Shown piece by piece: positions 1 through 10,733 of a stretch of DNA of 64,000 nt. The notes under the pieces were generated by a model, which was given only the letters and a program-made list of their open reading frames with translations, was not told the DNA's origin and did no database searches. The stretch is from Fidelibacterota bacterium (GTDB taxonomy: Bacteria > Fidelibacterota > Marinisomatia > Marinisomatales > Marinisomataceae). Made by a program: the position numbers and the translations under genes. The first letter of the stretch is position 1; the number at the start of each line of letters is the position of its first letter. Location: assembly GCA_038280095.1 (NCBI GenBank), contig JAYPYG010000003.1, positions 5,049 to 69,048 of the forward strand. The letters run 5' to 3'.

Positions 1-33
1 AAAACTGAAAGTAAAAAGTAAAAGGAATTAACT

Positions 34-288
34 ATGGCTCATAAGAAGGGACAAGGAAGTTCAAGAAATGGTAGAGATTCTAATGCTAAAAGACTAGGCG
101 TTAAAGTTTCTGACGGACAGTCAATTTTAGCTGGTGGAATTATTATAAAACAAAGAGGTACAAAGTATCATCCTGGAAGAAATGTAAAAAGAGGAAATGA
201 TGACACTTTATTTGCTACATCTCATGGCTTAGTCAAGTTTAGCAAAAAAGGTGGTACTACCTTTGTTAGTGTTCAAGAATTAAATTAA
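34..288 (+). CDS. rpmA: 50S ribosomal protein L27
   Basis: 84-aa ORF. The N-terminus [24 protein letters not shown] is the conserved L27 signature. A purine-rich RBS (aaaagga) lies upstream. Confidence 0.95.
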   Translation: MAHKKGQGSSRNGRDSNAKRLGVKVSDGQSILAGGIIIKQRGTKYHPGRNVKRGNDDTLFATSHGLVKFSKKGGTTFVSVQELN

Positions 289-291
289 GCT

Positions 292-1227
292 ATGACTAGA
301 CCTAAAATATCATTAATTGGTGGCGGTCAAGTTGGTGGAAATATCGCATTGCTTTCTGCACAGAAAGAACTCGGCGATATCGTCATCGTTGATATACCTG
401 AAGCAGAAAATTTAATGAAAGGAAAAGCTTTAGATATTTCACAGCTTCTTCCTCATGATGGCTACGACGCTAAATTATCAGGTACTTCAAAGTTTGAAGA
501 TATTAAAGATTCTGATGTTGTAGTAATAACCGCAGGATTTCCAAGACAGCCTGGAATGGATAGAGAAGATTTACTTCAAAAAAATCTGGATATAATGACT
601 AATGTTGCTAATCAAGTCAAAAATTTTGCTCCAGATGCTTTTGTAATTGTTGTTTCTAATCCTTTAGACGCAATGGTTTATGCTTTTCATAAAATTTCTG
701 GGTTTGCAAAAAATAAAGTGGTGGGAATGGCTGGAGCTTTAGACAGTGCTAGATTTAGATCATTTATAGCTGAAGCAACTAATTTATCATCTCAAGATGT
801 TAATTGTATGGTTTTAGGCGGACATGGTGATACTATGGTACCTGTAAGTAGATTAGCTACTGTAGGAGGAGTGCCTTTATTCTCATTACTTAACAAAGAA
901 GAAATTACTGCTATTGAAGACAGAACCAGATTTGGCGGTGGAGAAATAGTGAAACTTTTTGGAAAAGGTTCAGCATTTTATGCACCAGCTCAATCTGCTG
1001 TTGAAATGATTGAAAGTTTTGTAAGAGATAAAAAAAGAGTTATTCCCTGTGCTTCACTATGTGAAGGAGAATTTGGTATTGATGGATACTTTATAGGAGT
1101 ACCCACAGTCATAGGTTGTGGTGGTGTAGAAAAAATTCTGACCTTTGATTTAAATGAAGAAGAACAGAATGCCTTAAATAATACACTTACTGAAGTTGAA
1201 AAAACTGTTTTAGAAACAAAACTTTAA
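292..1227 (+). CDS. mdh: NAD-dependent malate dehydrogenase (LDH-like type)
   Basis: N-terminal Rossmann motif IGGGQVGG. Substrate loop ITAGFPRQPGMDREDLL with the MDH-type Arg. Catalytic GGHGDTMVP. 311 aa, starting 3 nt after rpmA. Confidence 0.9.
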   Translation: MTRPKISLIGGGQVGGNIALLSAQKELGDIVIVDIPEAENLMKGKALDISQLLPHDGYDAKLSGTSKFEDIKDSDVVVITAGFPRQPGMDREDLLQKNLDIMTNVANQVKNFAPDAFVIVVSNPLDAMVYAFHKISGFAKNKVVGMAGALDSARFRSFIAEATNLSSQDVNCMVLGGHGDTMVPVSRLATVGGVPLFSLLNKEEITAIEDRTRFGGGEIVKLFGKGSAFYAPAQSAVEMIESFVRDKKRVIPCASLCEGEFGIDGYFIGVPTVIGCGGVEKILTFDLNEEEQNALNNTLTEVEKTVLETKL

Positions 1228-1230
1228 TTC

Positions 1231-1971
1231 TTGAATTTTATCAAAACATATTTCTTTGCATTAATACTCTTCTTAACAAATCTTTTATCTCAAGAGAATT
1301 TCTTAGTTGAAACTAAAATAAATGCCTCTTTTAAAATGGGGTCCATGCAATCTGCATCAAAAACTATTTACTCTGAAGATACATTTTTTTCAAATGTTGA
1401 GTTTGCATTTAAGGGTAAAGGTGTTGCACGACTAATGAGTAGAGAAATGCATACTGGAACTATTATTTCATTAAATGATTCTACTGTATCAAATATTGAT
1501 TTCAAGAAGAAAAAATATTCGATAAAAACATTTAATGAAATTCTTAAGGATAAAGAAAACAAAGAAAATCAGAGCGAAAATGATAATCAAGATAATGCTG
1601 ATAATGAAAATATTAACGAAGAATTAAAATTTATTATTTCTGAAGAATCAGAATTAATAAATGGATTTAAATCTTACAAGCTCACAATTGAAAGGGATGG
1701 AACTAATGAAATTTGGTTTTCAAAAACTCTAAGAGAACCTGATTTTGTAATAAAGATTAAAAATGAAATTTCGGAGTTTCAAAATAGTTGGGCAGATATG
1801 TCAATTGATCTAACCGAATACGGAATAGATAAGAATTCTATAATTGTTAAAATGTCTACAGAAAGCGAAGATGGAAATTTTAATTTTGATTTAATTTCTT
1901 TTCAAAAATTTTTAGGGGATGACGAAGAATTAAAAGTACCTGAAGATTATAAAAAAGTTAGAAAAATCTAA
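1231..1971 (+). CDS. hypothetical secreted protein with an acidic N/D/E-rich insert
   Basis: TTG start gives a plausible signal peptide (MNFIKTYFFALILFLTNLLS|QENF). Internal low-complexity stretch ENKENQSENDNQDNADNENINEE. I recognise no family. Confidence 0.5.
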   Translation: MNFIKTYFFALILFLTNLLSQENFLVETKINASFKMGSMQSASKTIYSEDTFFSNVEFAFKGKGVARLMSREMHTGTIISLNDSTVSNIDFKKKKYSIKTFNEILKDKENKENQSENDNQDNADNENINEELKFIISEESELINGFKSYKLTIERDGTNEIWFSKTLREPDFVIKIKNEISEFQNSWADMSIDLTEYGIDKNSIIVKMSTESEDGNFNFDLISFQKFLGDDEELKVPEDYKKVRKI

Positions 1972-2711
1972 TTATTTTTTTTAATAATATTATTCATATC
2001 TTGAAATAATTTCTCTTCTCTCTTGAATGGCCTATCTAATAAAATGCCCCTATTAAATAAATCATATGCTTTTTCTTCGTTGCCTAGTTTTAAATGAGTT
2101 TTTCCAAGCCAGTAATATGTGCCTATATAATCTGGATTTAGCTCTAAACTCTTCTCTAAAAAAAATCTTGCTTGCTCAAAAGAACCTTTTGGAGGTTCTG
2201 AAAAAAGAAATGATGCTATTCTTCGCGATGCTTTACCTAAGCTGGCAAGCTTATAGTGCCATTGTCCCATTATATTATAGCAAAATTCATCATCTGGTAA
2301 TAGCTCAATAACTTTCAATGATAACTCTTCAATGTTCTTTGATTGTTCTATTTGCTCTCTAATACTTTCTTGCTCAACGGTTTTACCTAAAGCAATAACA
2401 TACCATTTTAATACATTTGGATCCTTAGAGTTCAGACTAAACGCACGATCAATGTATTTAAATGCTTTTTGACTATTTTCTTTATCTTCTTTTTGTTGAA
2501 TTGCTTTTTCAGATAAGTAGTGATGAGTAATCGATAATCTCAAGAGAACATTAGTATTTTGAGGATATTTATTATAAAGTTGCTCAAGAAGTTCTTGAGC
2601 TTTATCAAACTCGAGATTAGTAAGCTTAATATCAATATCTTTAAAATCTTGACCGGAAATTAGTGAAAATAAAATGATTCCTATAAATAGATTTTTAAAA
2701 GAAAAAATCAA
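1968..2711 (-). CDS. TPR-like repeat protein, secreted
   Basis: Signal peptide ...FSLISG|QDFKD. Helical-repeat sequence with TPR-like A/Y/L spacing (e.g. PDYIGTYYWLGKTHLKLGNEEKAYDLF). Last gene of the minus-strand sprA run. Confidence 0.6.
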   Translation of the reverse strand: MIFSFKNLFIGIILFSLISGQDFKDIDIKLTNLEFDKAQELLEQLYNKYPQNTNVLLRLSITHHYLSEKAIQQKEDKENSQKAFKYIDRAFSLNSKDPNVLKWYVIALGKTVEQESIREQIEQSKNIEELSLKVIELLPDDEFCYNIMGQWHYKLASLGKASRRIASFLFSEPPKGSFEQARFFLEKSLELNPDYIGTYYWLGKTHLKLGNEEKAYDLFNRGILLDRPFKREEKLFQDMNNIIKKNN

Positions 2712-3736
2712 GGATAAAATCTATAGATTACTGGCTGATGATCAGAAATTCTATTTGATACATTGTTATTGGATGCACCTGTTTGAGCTGGTAAAGCAAT
2801 TACTTCTACCGATGATGTTGCTTGATAAGAAAACAAAGGCTCATTAATAATAATATGATCTAAATGAGATGCAGCATATGAACTTGTCCAACCTTGCCAA
2901 GAATAACCACTAGCAGGCCCTTGAAGAATATTTAAATCTGTTAATCTAAAAGAATCAGCAGAATCAAAAGATTCAGAGTCAGTAAAGGGACTTAAAGTTG
3001 GATTAGTTATACTTTGAGCACCAACATTATTAAAATCTCCAACCAATATCACATTATCATTTTCTCTATTATTTATTAAATAATCTGCTAAAAGAAGGCT
3101 TGCATGATGTCTTCTGGTTGCTTCATTGGTTAAATTAGAAGCATCGTAATTATCATTTCCACAACACTTATAATGAACATTTATGACATAAAGATTCATA
3201 GATTTAGTACCGTCGGTCCAAGTAATATAGCTTTCCATAGGAGGTCTGCTTGCGAATTGATATAATTCGCAATTAAGGTAATCACCATTACAGTCACTTG
3301 ATGAATTTGGGGTATCAGCCCACAATTCATTTTTTGATACATATGTAATATTTTCATTCTTGTATACAAGAGCAAAACCAAGATTGCCCGACTCTTCATC
3401 CAAAACATATGAATAATCTGACATTGAATTAACCATGCTTATTAACTCAGATTCACTAGAAATTTCTTGCAGTAAATAAACATCAGCATTCCATTTTTCA
3501 AGTAAAGATTTAACCTGTTCTTTAGTAGAACTATGCTGAGGAAATTGTCTGATATTCCAAGTAACTACCTCAAACTGATTTGCAACATTATAATTAATTG
3601 CGTTTGGAAATTCATAGGGGTTCGCATTGTCTCCTTCTCCATTATCACCTTCTGAATCTGTTGGAGAATTTCCTCCACCAGAACATGCAAGAATCAAAAC
3701 AATTAGTAATAAATATTTTTTGAATAACTTAATCAT
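2708..3736 (-). CDS. endonuclease/exonuclease/phosphatase (EEP) family lipoprotein
   Basis: Lipobox LILAC|SGGG. N-terminal VVTWNIRQF (EEP Asn/Glu region), GDFN motif (VILVGDFNNV) and C-terminal SDHQPV catalytic His motif. Confidence 0.75.
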   Translation of the reverse strand: MIKLFKKYLLLIVLILACSGGGNSPTDSEGDNGEGDNANPYEFPNAINYNVANQFEVVTWNIRQFPQHSSTKEQVKSLLEKWNADVYLLQEISSESELISMVNSMSDYSYVLDEESGNLGFALVYKNENITYVSKNELWADTPNSSSDCNGDYLNCELYQFASRPPMESYITWTDGTKSMNLYVINVHYKCCGNDNYDASNLTNEATRRHHASLLLADYLINNRENDNVILVGDFNNVGAQSITNPTLSPFTDSESFDSADSFRLTDLNILQGPASGYSWQGWTSSYAASHLDHIIINEPLFSYQATSSVEVIALPAQTGASNNNVSNRISDHQPVIYRFYP

Positions 3737-4631
3737 AGATGTAATTTAATAATAAAGTTCCAACTTGTTCCAAGCTTTGTGGTGAACAATTCTCAACAAT
3801 ATCATTTTGAGTATGCCAGTAATTATAGAAAGGGTTAGGATAATCAAAATCTATAATGTCAATTGCAGGTATTTGAGCATTTTCCCAAAGAGGAACATGA
3901 TCATCATAAATCTCATAACCCAACGTATAGTTAAAAGCTTCTAAATCGAGTTCTTCGGCTAGACTCCAAAGCTCTTTAACTAAATCTGGATTGGTTTTAT
4001 AAGAAAATCTTTCGATTGGTATTTTCAAGTTTTTATCTCCAACCATATCGACAATTATTGCATTTTGAGGTTTCTTGATAGGAAGATTTTTTGAAAAATA
4101 CTCAGAACCCATCGCAAATGTTGTTGGTTGTCCAGAAATACCAACATCTTCAGCATCAAAAAACACTAAATCAATACCAATTGGAGGAGGATTATCTCTA
4201 AATACTAAAGCTAGCTCCATTAATACAGCAGTACCGCTTGCACCATCGTTCGCACCTAAAACTGGAAGTTCTCTTTTATCTAAGTCAGTCTCTTCATCAG
4301 AAATTGACCTAGTATCCCAATGAGCACCGATTAATAGTCGCTCATCTGATTCTTTATTAAACTGAATAATAAAATTTTTTCCATTTTGCATTTTTGAAGT
4401 AATATGCTCTTTATAGTTAAAATTCTGTATAATCATTTTATTATCAATCTCATTCAAAAATTCTTCTAAATATTTTGAAAATTGTTGATGGCCAATAGAC
4501 CCGGGATTTCGAGGTCCAAATTCACATTGTTTTAATAAAAAATCATATGAATGCTTCCCATCAAACTGTGGAATATCATTTTTTTCACAACTGTAAATAA
4601 AAAATATAAAGATTAAAATTAAGATTCTCAT
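3729..4631 (-). CDS. M28-family zinc enzyme, glutaminyl-peptide cyclotransferase-like
   Basis: Lipobox FIYSC. Motifs GPRNPGS, IGAHWDTR, GANDGASGTAVLMELA and FFDAEDVG fit the M28 fold in its glutaminyl-cyclase-like form. 8-nt overlap with the EEP gene, and 9 nt downstream of sprA. Confidence 0.6.
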   Translation of the reverse strand: MRILILIFIFFIYSCEKNDIPQFDGKHSYDFLLKQCEFGPRNPGSIGHQQFSKYLEEFLNEIDNKMIIQNFNYKEHITSKMQNGKNFIIQFNKESDERLLIGAHWDTRSISDEETDLDKRELPVLGANDGASGTAVLMELALVFRDNPPPIGIDLVFFDAEDVGISGQPTTFAMGSEYFSKNLPIKKPQNAIIVDMVGDKNLKIPIERFSYKTNPDLVKELWSLAEELDLEAFNYTLGYEIYDDHVPLWENAQIPAIDIIDFDYPNPFYNYWHTQNDIVENCSPQSLEQVGTLLLNYIYD

Positions 4632-4640
4632 TTGTTACCT

Positions 4641-7600
4641 TTATCTGATTGAAATATTAAGAGTTAATCCAAAATCTCTATCAACTCTTTTACCTGTTAA
4701 TCTTGTCTCGTTAGTTCGATATTCATAAAACATTCCTGCAGTAACATCATTAGTTAAGGAGTATGTTAATCGAATAACTCCTTTTCTAGTTTTTGTATAA
4801 TTTTGTTCCACAAAATTAATTTTATCCTTAGATCCTTTTTCTGAACTATTATTTAAATCAAAATTGAAATTAATATTAAAGTCATTATTCAAGTAAACAT
4901 TTCTATCCGAAAATGGTAAAGAAATCCTTAAACCCTTTGCAAAACTATAAGATAAACTTCCTAGTAAACTATTCTTTTTAACTAAGGTCATTCCAAAAGG
5001 TACCTCTCTTAGACTTAATACTGTATTTGCTCTAATATTAGTTGATATACCGTTTCGAAATGAAGTTGTTAAGCCTACAATTGGAGATAAAGAACTTGTG
5101 AGATTTGAAAATTGTAATGAATCTCCGAATTCATCTTTGAAATCCTCAACTTTCATTAAACTAATGCCTCTTATGCCGCTATCATTGAATTTCCATGATA
5201 GATTTTGCCTTCCTGTATATGAATGCTCAAGACTCATAGACTGAACATAAGGATTTATAATAGCTATATTTTCTAATCCGCTAATCCTTAGAGACCAATT
5301 AATAAATGGCAAACCTTTTGAAAGATTTTTACCATAGGAAAAATAATCTGTTGATGAAGATCTTGTATCAATATTAAATCCATTAATATTTGATGAAATA
5401 TTTTGATTAAAAGAAAAATTTAAGGATGTTCTTTGGTCTATTCTAACTCCAGTTCTAAATGATAAACTTTTCTTTTGATCATCAAAACCAGTATTAAATC
5501 CAACCTCTGAAACTGGATTAATTCCCAAATTATCTTCTAATCCTAATCTGTAGGATAATGGTATTTCTCCGTTAATACCATTTGAAATAATATTACTTAA
5601 ATTTGAAAAATTAATATTTATTGTGTCAATTTTTTTCGATTGATCGTAAAGTTTTTTTAAGATGGATTCACTATTATTTCTTGAATCTTCGTTTATTAAA
5701 TTAAAGTTTGAACGAGATCTTGTGCGTGGATTTTTTTCGCCTTTACTATGCTCGTCGTAAAATATTGATAGAATGTCTTGTGGTGTTATTGATAAACTTA
5801 AAGAAATATTCCTATTTAAATTTAAATTAGCTGCATCGATAATATTATCCCGAGGTTTATTCCATCTAAAATTAGATGAGTAACTAAATCTTGGATTAAT
5901 AATTTTTATCCAATCAGGATTAAAACGGTATACAAAAGACTCAACTGATTGGGTCTTTAATCCTATGGTAAAGTCATTAAAACTTTCATTTGGCTTAGCA
6001 CTAAAAATGGTTTTATCATAAGCAAATTCCGTATCGTTAAAAAGCTTATAGTCAATACTGAAATTTCTTTGGACATCAAAGTTCTCTTCTTTAATTAGTT
6101 CTGCATTTGATCTAGAATCTCTGGTTGTTGAGACTTTATTAATTTTAATTCCAGTTGAAAAATTTGATGGGGAATAGTAGAATTTTTTACTGCTAATTTC
6201 TTTTCCAATCAAAGGGAATTTCTTCATCCATGTAAATGCGTTTATATAGTTACCACTAGGAAATCTCAAATTGTAATCAATATTAGAATTTATATTTTTT
6301 AAATCTACAGATTTCATTATTGTATCTGATCTTTGTTGATCAGAAATACTAAATCCAGCACTTAAATTATCTATTGTATATTTTAATAATGCTTTTTCAG
6401 ATTTAATTTTCTTTGAAATTCTTCCAGAAACATTTACAACAGAAGATTGCACTAAAACAGAATCTGGTGCAGAATTTTCCAATCTTATATCTGATCCAGG
6501 TAAAAATTTTGGAGTATTTTTATTTGAATTGTAACTAATGTTTATAGGGAAAATAATGCCGAAATTTTCTGGTAGCAACTGACCGAAATTAAAATTATTT
6601 GTGTAGGATAAGGTTTCAATAGAGTTATTCGTACCAACTCTCTCTTGCAAAACATGGAAATCTGCATCTCTTTTACTATAATTAATTGAACTTGAACTAA
6701 AATTAGATAAGTTGAATTTCGATTTTATTCTTACAGCAGAACCAGATTCTTTTTTAACTCCACTAAGTCTTAATTCATCAGCCCATATTTCTCCTGATAT
6801 AGGATAATTGGCTGAATTCTCAATACCAATAATAAAATATTGTAATCTTGAAAGTGAAGGATTACCAACAATTTCGACACTTTTGTAATTATGGTTATCA
6901 TCAGATATAAATTCATAATTAATAGATTCGCTAGTTTTGGAAAAAATATCATTTGGATTAATTAAATTAATTGAAGTGTCATCATGTGTCTTAAGACTGG
7001 ATAACCAATTTAAATCTAAATTGATTTCATTTCTTTTTCTTTCTTCATCCCACCCAGAATAAATTGGTTTTGTAAGCTTATAATATTCTTGACCATTCCC
7101 AAATTTAATAAAAATGTTTACATCTGTTTGCTCAGTTGAAGAATATTCACTATTTCCATATACGAACATTTTCATTCTATCATACATCAAGAAGCTTTGG
7201 CCTATATCTTCATTAATTGAAAGTATTTTTTTTGCTGCAGCTTTATAGTTAGAGAGCAAATTATCAAATTTCAATACAATAGATTGTTCTTTTGATCTGA
7301 TTTGGTTAATCCTATCATATTCACCTACAACGCCCTTGGGAGGGATATAATTTGGGTTATCTTCATCGTTAATAACCGAAACTAGAAAAGTGCTATCCTG
7401 TGTAGTATATACCTCTTCTGATTGTAATGAGACTCCTAGCTCTTGCCAATTGTTTCCAACCAACTCAATTCTTGCAATTTCTAAAGTTGATTCCTGTTCA
7501 ACTCCCGAAACTACCAATCTAACATATTTTATTTCACTCAATGAAATATCATTGATTTTTTCAAAATGACTAATTGGAATTCTGATCAGTTTCCATCCTG

Positions 7601-10600
7601 TTTTGATACCACTTATTTCTGTTGAACCAGCAACATAAGTATCATCACTTAAAGAGACAGTTTTTGAAAAATAATTATTTGCTCTATCAAGATATCCCGA
7701 CTTATCTAAATCTTCTGAATCAGGATATTTACCACCAATTTGAATTCTATCTCCGGTACCATTACCTTCAGTACCGTTAACTTTTGTATAATCATCAGAT
7801 CCTTCAAAATAATTCCAATTATCATTATTTGGGTCATTGATATCAACGTCAATCGAATTGTTGATTAATGTTGATTCACCAGATTCTAAATATTGATTAA
7901 AAGTGGGTCCTTGAGAATCTAAACAACCTCCAAAACCATTTTCATAAATATCAAAACAACCGTCAAGACCTGTATCTTCGTTCTCATCAAGAAAACCATT
8001 TCCAAGGGCAAGTCCTGCATCAGGAATATCTTCAGTATTTAAAAAACCATTTCCATCATAATCTTCGCTGATTTTTCCTAAATCAATTGTGAGATTACCG
8101 CTATCTCCTCTTACCCATATTTCAAAAAACCTACTTCTAGTTTGATCATAATCTCCAATGAACATTGGTGAAGTAATCCCGGCCCATAATGAATCTGAAG
8201 GTACAGTAGATTGATAATCTTTAGGAGAGTATTTTAAAACTAAAATATCTGTTGTTAAATTTTGAGCTCTTTGAGAAGTAGAAATGTTAGGCCAAATACT
8301 GTTTGTTAAAACTTGTGAATAGGGGTTATACCAGTACATATTCATTCTGTGATTTTGATTGTAATCTTCAAATGAATTACTATTCAAAGGTGCAGATGAA
8401 ATATTCCAAAATCTTCGTAAAATTGAAGGATTAGTAACTCTTTTTGAACCCTCAAAATCATCAATAAATGCCACACCATTTTTATCGTCAGTTTTTGAGT
8501 TTGATATTGAATTTGGATTTGGAAGTACCTGTGCTAACTCCCCTTCAATAGAAAAATTAGAGATTTTGTTGCTATTCATAAAGCTTAAATCATTAAATCT
8601 TTCTGATAAGTTTTCTAAATCTACTTCATATCTACCATTAATATCCCAAATGAAATTTCTTATTGGCTCATACCCAACCTCAACTTTTTTATTTGCAATT
8701 GATTGATCATAATATAACGCTGTAAAACCAAGGAATGATTTTTCATCAAAATCAATTTGTGCTCTAGAGCCTGCCATAATCTTTCTATCAAAAGTAACTA
8801 AGTCATGCTTATCATACGATATTCTTAAATTATCATCTGGGTTAATATTTTCTGATAAAGTAATAGTACCAGAAAAATAATTTATTTGATAGTCTCGACC
8901 CCTTATTAGTTTATTCCCATTAGAAAAAATCTCTTCGCTTCCTTCAACGAGAGTAAATCCTAAGTTAATAGATTTCTTTGGACTGGAATAATTTACAAAA
9001 ATGGAAAATCTTGAATCACCAGCATATTCAGACAATATTGTGGAAGAGTACATTAAACCTTGCTGTAAAAATGGTTCAAGAGATTCATTATTATTACCTC
9101 CACTAATATCATTTGAAGATACAAATGGTAATAAAGCTGGTAAAAGTATCTCACCTGATTGTAAATCGATAATATTTGGATTATTATAATCAATTAATTC
9201 ATCTGGTGAACTTTCACCATTTTGATTTAGATTATCTAAACCAAAAAGATTTAAAAAAGTTATTCCGTCATTTGAGCGATCACTTTTTGGGGTTGAAAAA
9301 TTATCAATAATTCTTACTTCTAAACTTGATATATCTAAATTTGATGATCCAATGGAGTATACATTTTTAAACATTAAATCCCAGGTAGGATGACTTGGAT
9401 GTGGAGACTGAGATTTAATCATTTTAAGCTCTAACGTATTTTGGTCCAAACTAATATTTTTCCCGATATTTAAAATTGTTTCTCCAGTTTCTCTATTTAT
9501 TAAATCAAAATGAGCAGCAATAATTTCATTTTGTAGAACTTTAGTCATTTTTATAAATCCAAGATCTTCATTTATTATGTAATCGGTTCCACGTTCCAAC
9601 TTTAAAAAATTTCCTTCTTTACTTTCATCCGACTCTTCATTTTTATTAAGGGGGTTGATGTAGGCAGTACCAGGATCTGCTTCTGGATTATTTGATGCAT
9701 CAATTTTATACAATTCAAAGTTTTTTATAGAAATATTTCCTATAGGATGTAAACCATCTACTAAAGGATAAAATGAAGGTACATTGAGCTGGAAGCCACT
9801 ATCTTGAAGTATTTCATTTGAACCATTACGAAACCACTCATGTACAAAAAAGTATAAATTTTTCTTATAACTGTAGTCCTTTATTTCTATTGAATTCAAT
9901 TCAGAACTACCCTTATATAGCTGTGATTCTTTTTCGGTTTTTTCAATGGAAGCAATTGATGTTATGTTAAGTGGACCTAATTGAGAAAGTGCTTTGACTC
10001 CAAAAAGACCATTATTAGTACCAGAAAAAGTTACAAACTCCGTTGAGGGCAATGATAAAGATATATTTCCTACTTCTAAGCGTTTAAGGATATCATCTTC
10101 ACCGCCGCTATATTCAAGTCTAATAGTATTTTCCCAATCGAAATCTCTTTCTGAATTCTGATCTAAAGAAACTGTTATTCTTTCTCCAACACTTCCCTGA
10201 ACGCTAAGTTGCTGCTTTTGATCAAATTTAAAATTGGTTTTTTCTTGCTCCTTATAAGAAGATCGAACTAATTCTTGATCTTGATTTACTAACTTTGCAG
10301 AGAGGTTTATATTCCCAGATATTTGTAAAGACGCTCTTCCTAATGCGCCTAAATCTATTGAGGCAACTTGTAAATATTTATCATCTTTATTATTAGAAAT
10401 ATCATACTGCATCTTAAATGCATTTGCAATATTATACTTTTGATTTTTTGTCAATAAGTCATTTAAATAATTTTCAAAAGTATTTGTATATGGGATTGAA
10501 CGAAAATCGTTCTCTAAGTCTTTATAAATTTTAATGGATGTAAAAGATTGATCTATAAATACAACATTTGTATTTAAATCTAAATCAAAGATACCAATTG

Positions 10601-10733
10601 GATAATTGGAAATATCATTAAATGAAAAATTGATATTTTTCTTTTTAGCAAATGGATCAATGAAATAATTATCAAAATTACCAGCAAGCAATAAAGAATT
10701 GAAAAAAAGAATTGTATATAAAAGAATTCTCAT
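4641..10733 (-). CDS. sprA: type IX secretion system outer-membrane translocon SprA/Sov
   Basis: 2030-aa beta-rich protein with a signal peptide. The N-terminal block LEYSGGEDDILKRLEVGNISLSLPSTEFV...LFGVKALSQLGPLNITSIAS...YKKNLYFFVHEWFRN matches my memory of the conserved SprA N-terminal region. Size and composition fit a giant OM barrel. Confidence 0.8.
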   Translation of the reverse strand: MRILLYTILFFNSLLLAGNFDNYFIDPFAKKKNINFSFNDISNYPIGIFDLDLNTNVVFIDQSFTSIKIYKDLENDFRSIPYTNTFENYLNDLLTKNQKYNIANAFKMQYDISNNKDDKYLQVASIDLGALGRASLQISGNINLSAKLVNQDQELVRSSYKEQEKTNFKFDQKQQLSVQGSVGERITVSLDQNSERDFDWENTIRLEYSGGEDDILKRLEVGNISLSLPSTEFVTFSGTNNGLFGVKALSQLGPLNITSIASIEKTEKESQLYKGSSELNSIEIKDYSYKKNLYFFVHEWFRNGSNEILQDSGFQLNVPSFYPLVDGLHPIGNISIKNFELYKIDASNNPEADPGTAYINPLNKNEESDESKEGNFLKLERGTDYIINEDLGFIKMTKVLQNEIIAAHFDLINRETGETILNIGKNISLDQNTLELKMIKSQSPHPSHPTWDLMFKNVYSIGSSNLDISSLEVRIIDNFSTPKSDRSNDGITFLNLFGLDNLNQNGESSPDELIDYNNPNIIDLQSGEILLPALLPFVSSNDISGGNNNESLEPFLQQGLMYSSTILSEYAGDSRFSIFVNYSSPKKSINLGFTLVEGSEEIFSNGNKLIRGRDYQINYFSGTITLSENINPDDNLRISYDKHDLVTFDRKIMAGSRAQIDFDEKSFLGFTALYYDQSIANKKVEVGYEPIRNFIWDINGRYEVDLENLSERFNDLSFMNSNKISNFSIEGELAQVLPNPNSISNSKTDDKNGVAFIDDFEGSKRVTNPSILRRFWNISSAPLNSNSFEDYNQNHRMNMYWYNPYSQVLTNSIWPNISTSQRAQNLTTDILVLKYSPKDYQSTVPSDSLWAGITSPMFIGDYDQTRSRFFEIWVRGDSGNLTIDLGKISEDYDGNGFLNTEDIPDAGLALGNGFLDENEDTGLDGCFDIYENGFGGCLDSQGPTFNQYLESGESTLINNSIDVDINDPNNDNWNYFEGSDDYTKVNGTEGNGTGDRIQIGGKYPDSEDLDKSGYLDRANNYFSKTVSLSDDTYVAGSTEISGIKTGWKLIRIPISHFEKINDISLSEIKYVRLVVSGVEQESTLEIARIELVGNNWQELGVSLQSEEVYTTQDSTFLVSVINDEDNPNYIPPKGVVGEYDRINQIRSKEQSIVLKFDNLLSNYKAAAKKILSINEDIGQSFLMYDRMKMFVYGNSEYSSTEQTDVNIFIKFGNGQEYYKLTKPIYSGWDEERKRNEINLDLNWLSSLKTHDDTSINLINPNDIFSKTSESINYEFISDDNHNYKSVEIVGNPSLSRLQYFIIGIENSANYPISGEIWADELRLSGVKKESGSAVRIKSKFNLSNFSSSSINYSKRDADFHVLQERVGTNNSIETLSYTNNFNFGQLLPENFGIIFPINISYNSNKNTPKFLPGSDIRLENSAPDSVLVQSSVVNVSGRISKKIKSEKALLKYTIDNLSAGFSISDQQRSDTIMKSVDLKNINSNIDYNLRFPSGNYINAFTWMKKFPLIGKEISSKKFYYSPSNFSTGIKINKVSTTRDSRSNAELIKEENFDVQRNFSIDYKLFNDTEFAYDKTIFSAKPNESFNDFTIGLKTQSVESFVYRFNPDWIKIINPRFSYSSNFRWNKPRDNIIDAANLNLNRNISLSLSITPQDILSIFYDEHSKGEKNPRTRSRSNFNLINEDSRNNSESILKKLYDQSKKIDTININFSNLSNIISNGINGEIPLSYRLGLEDNLGINPVSEVGFNTGFDDQKKSLSFRTGVRIDQRTSLNFSFNQNISSNINGFNIDTRSSSTDYFSYGKNLSKGLPFINWSLRISGLENIAIINPYVQSMSLEHSYTGRQNLSWKFNDSGIRGISLMKVEDFKDEFGDSLQFSNLTSSLSPIVGLTTSFRNGISTNIRANTVLSLREVPFGMTLVKKNSLLGSLSYSFAKGLRISLPFSDRNVYLNNDFNINFNFDLNNSSEKGSKDKINFVEQNYTKTRKGVIRLTYSLTNDVTAGMFYEYRTNETRLTGKRVDRDFGLTLNISIR

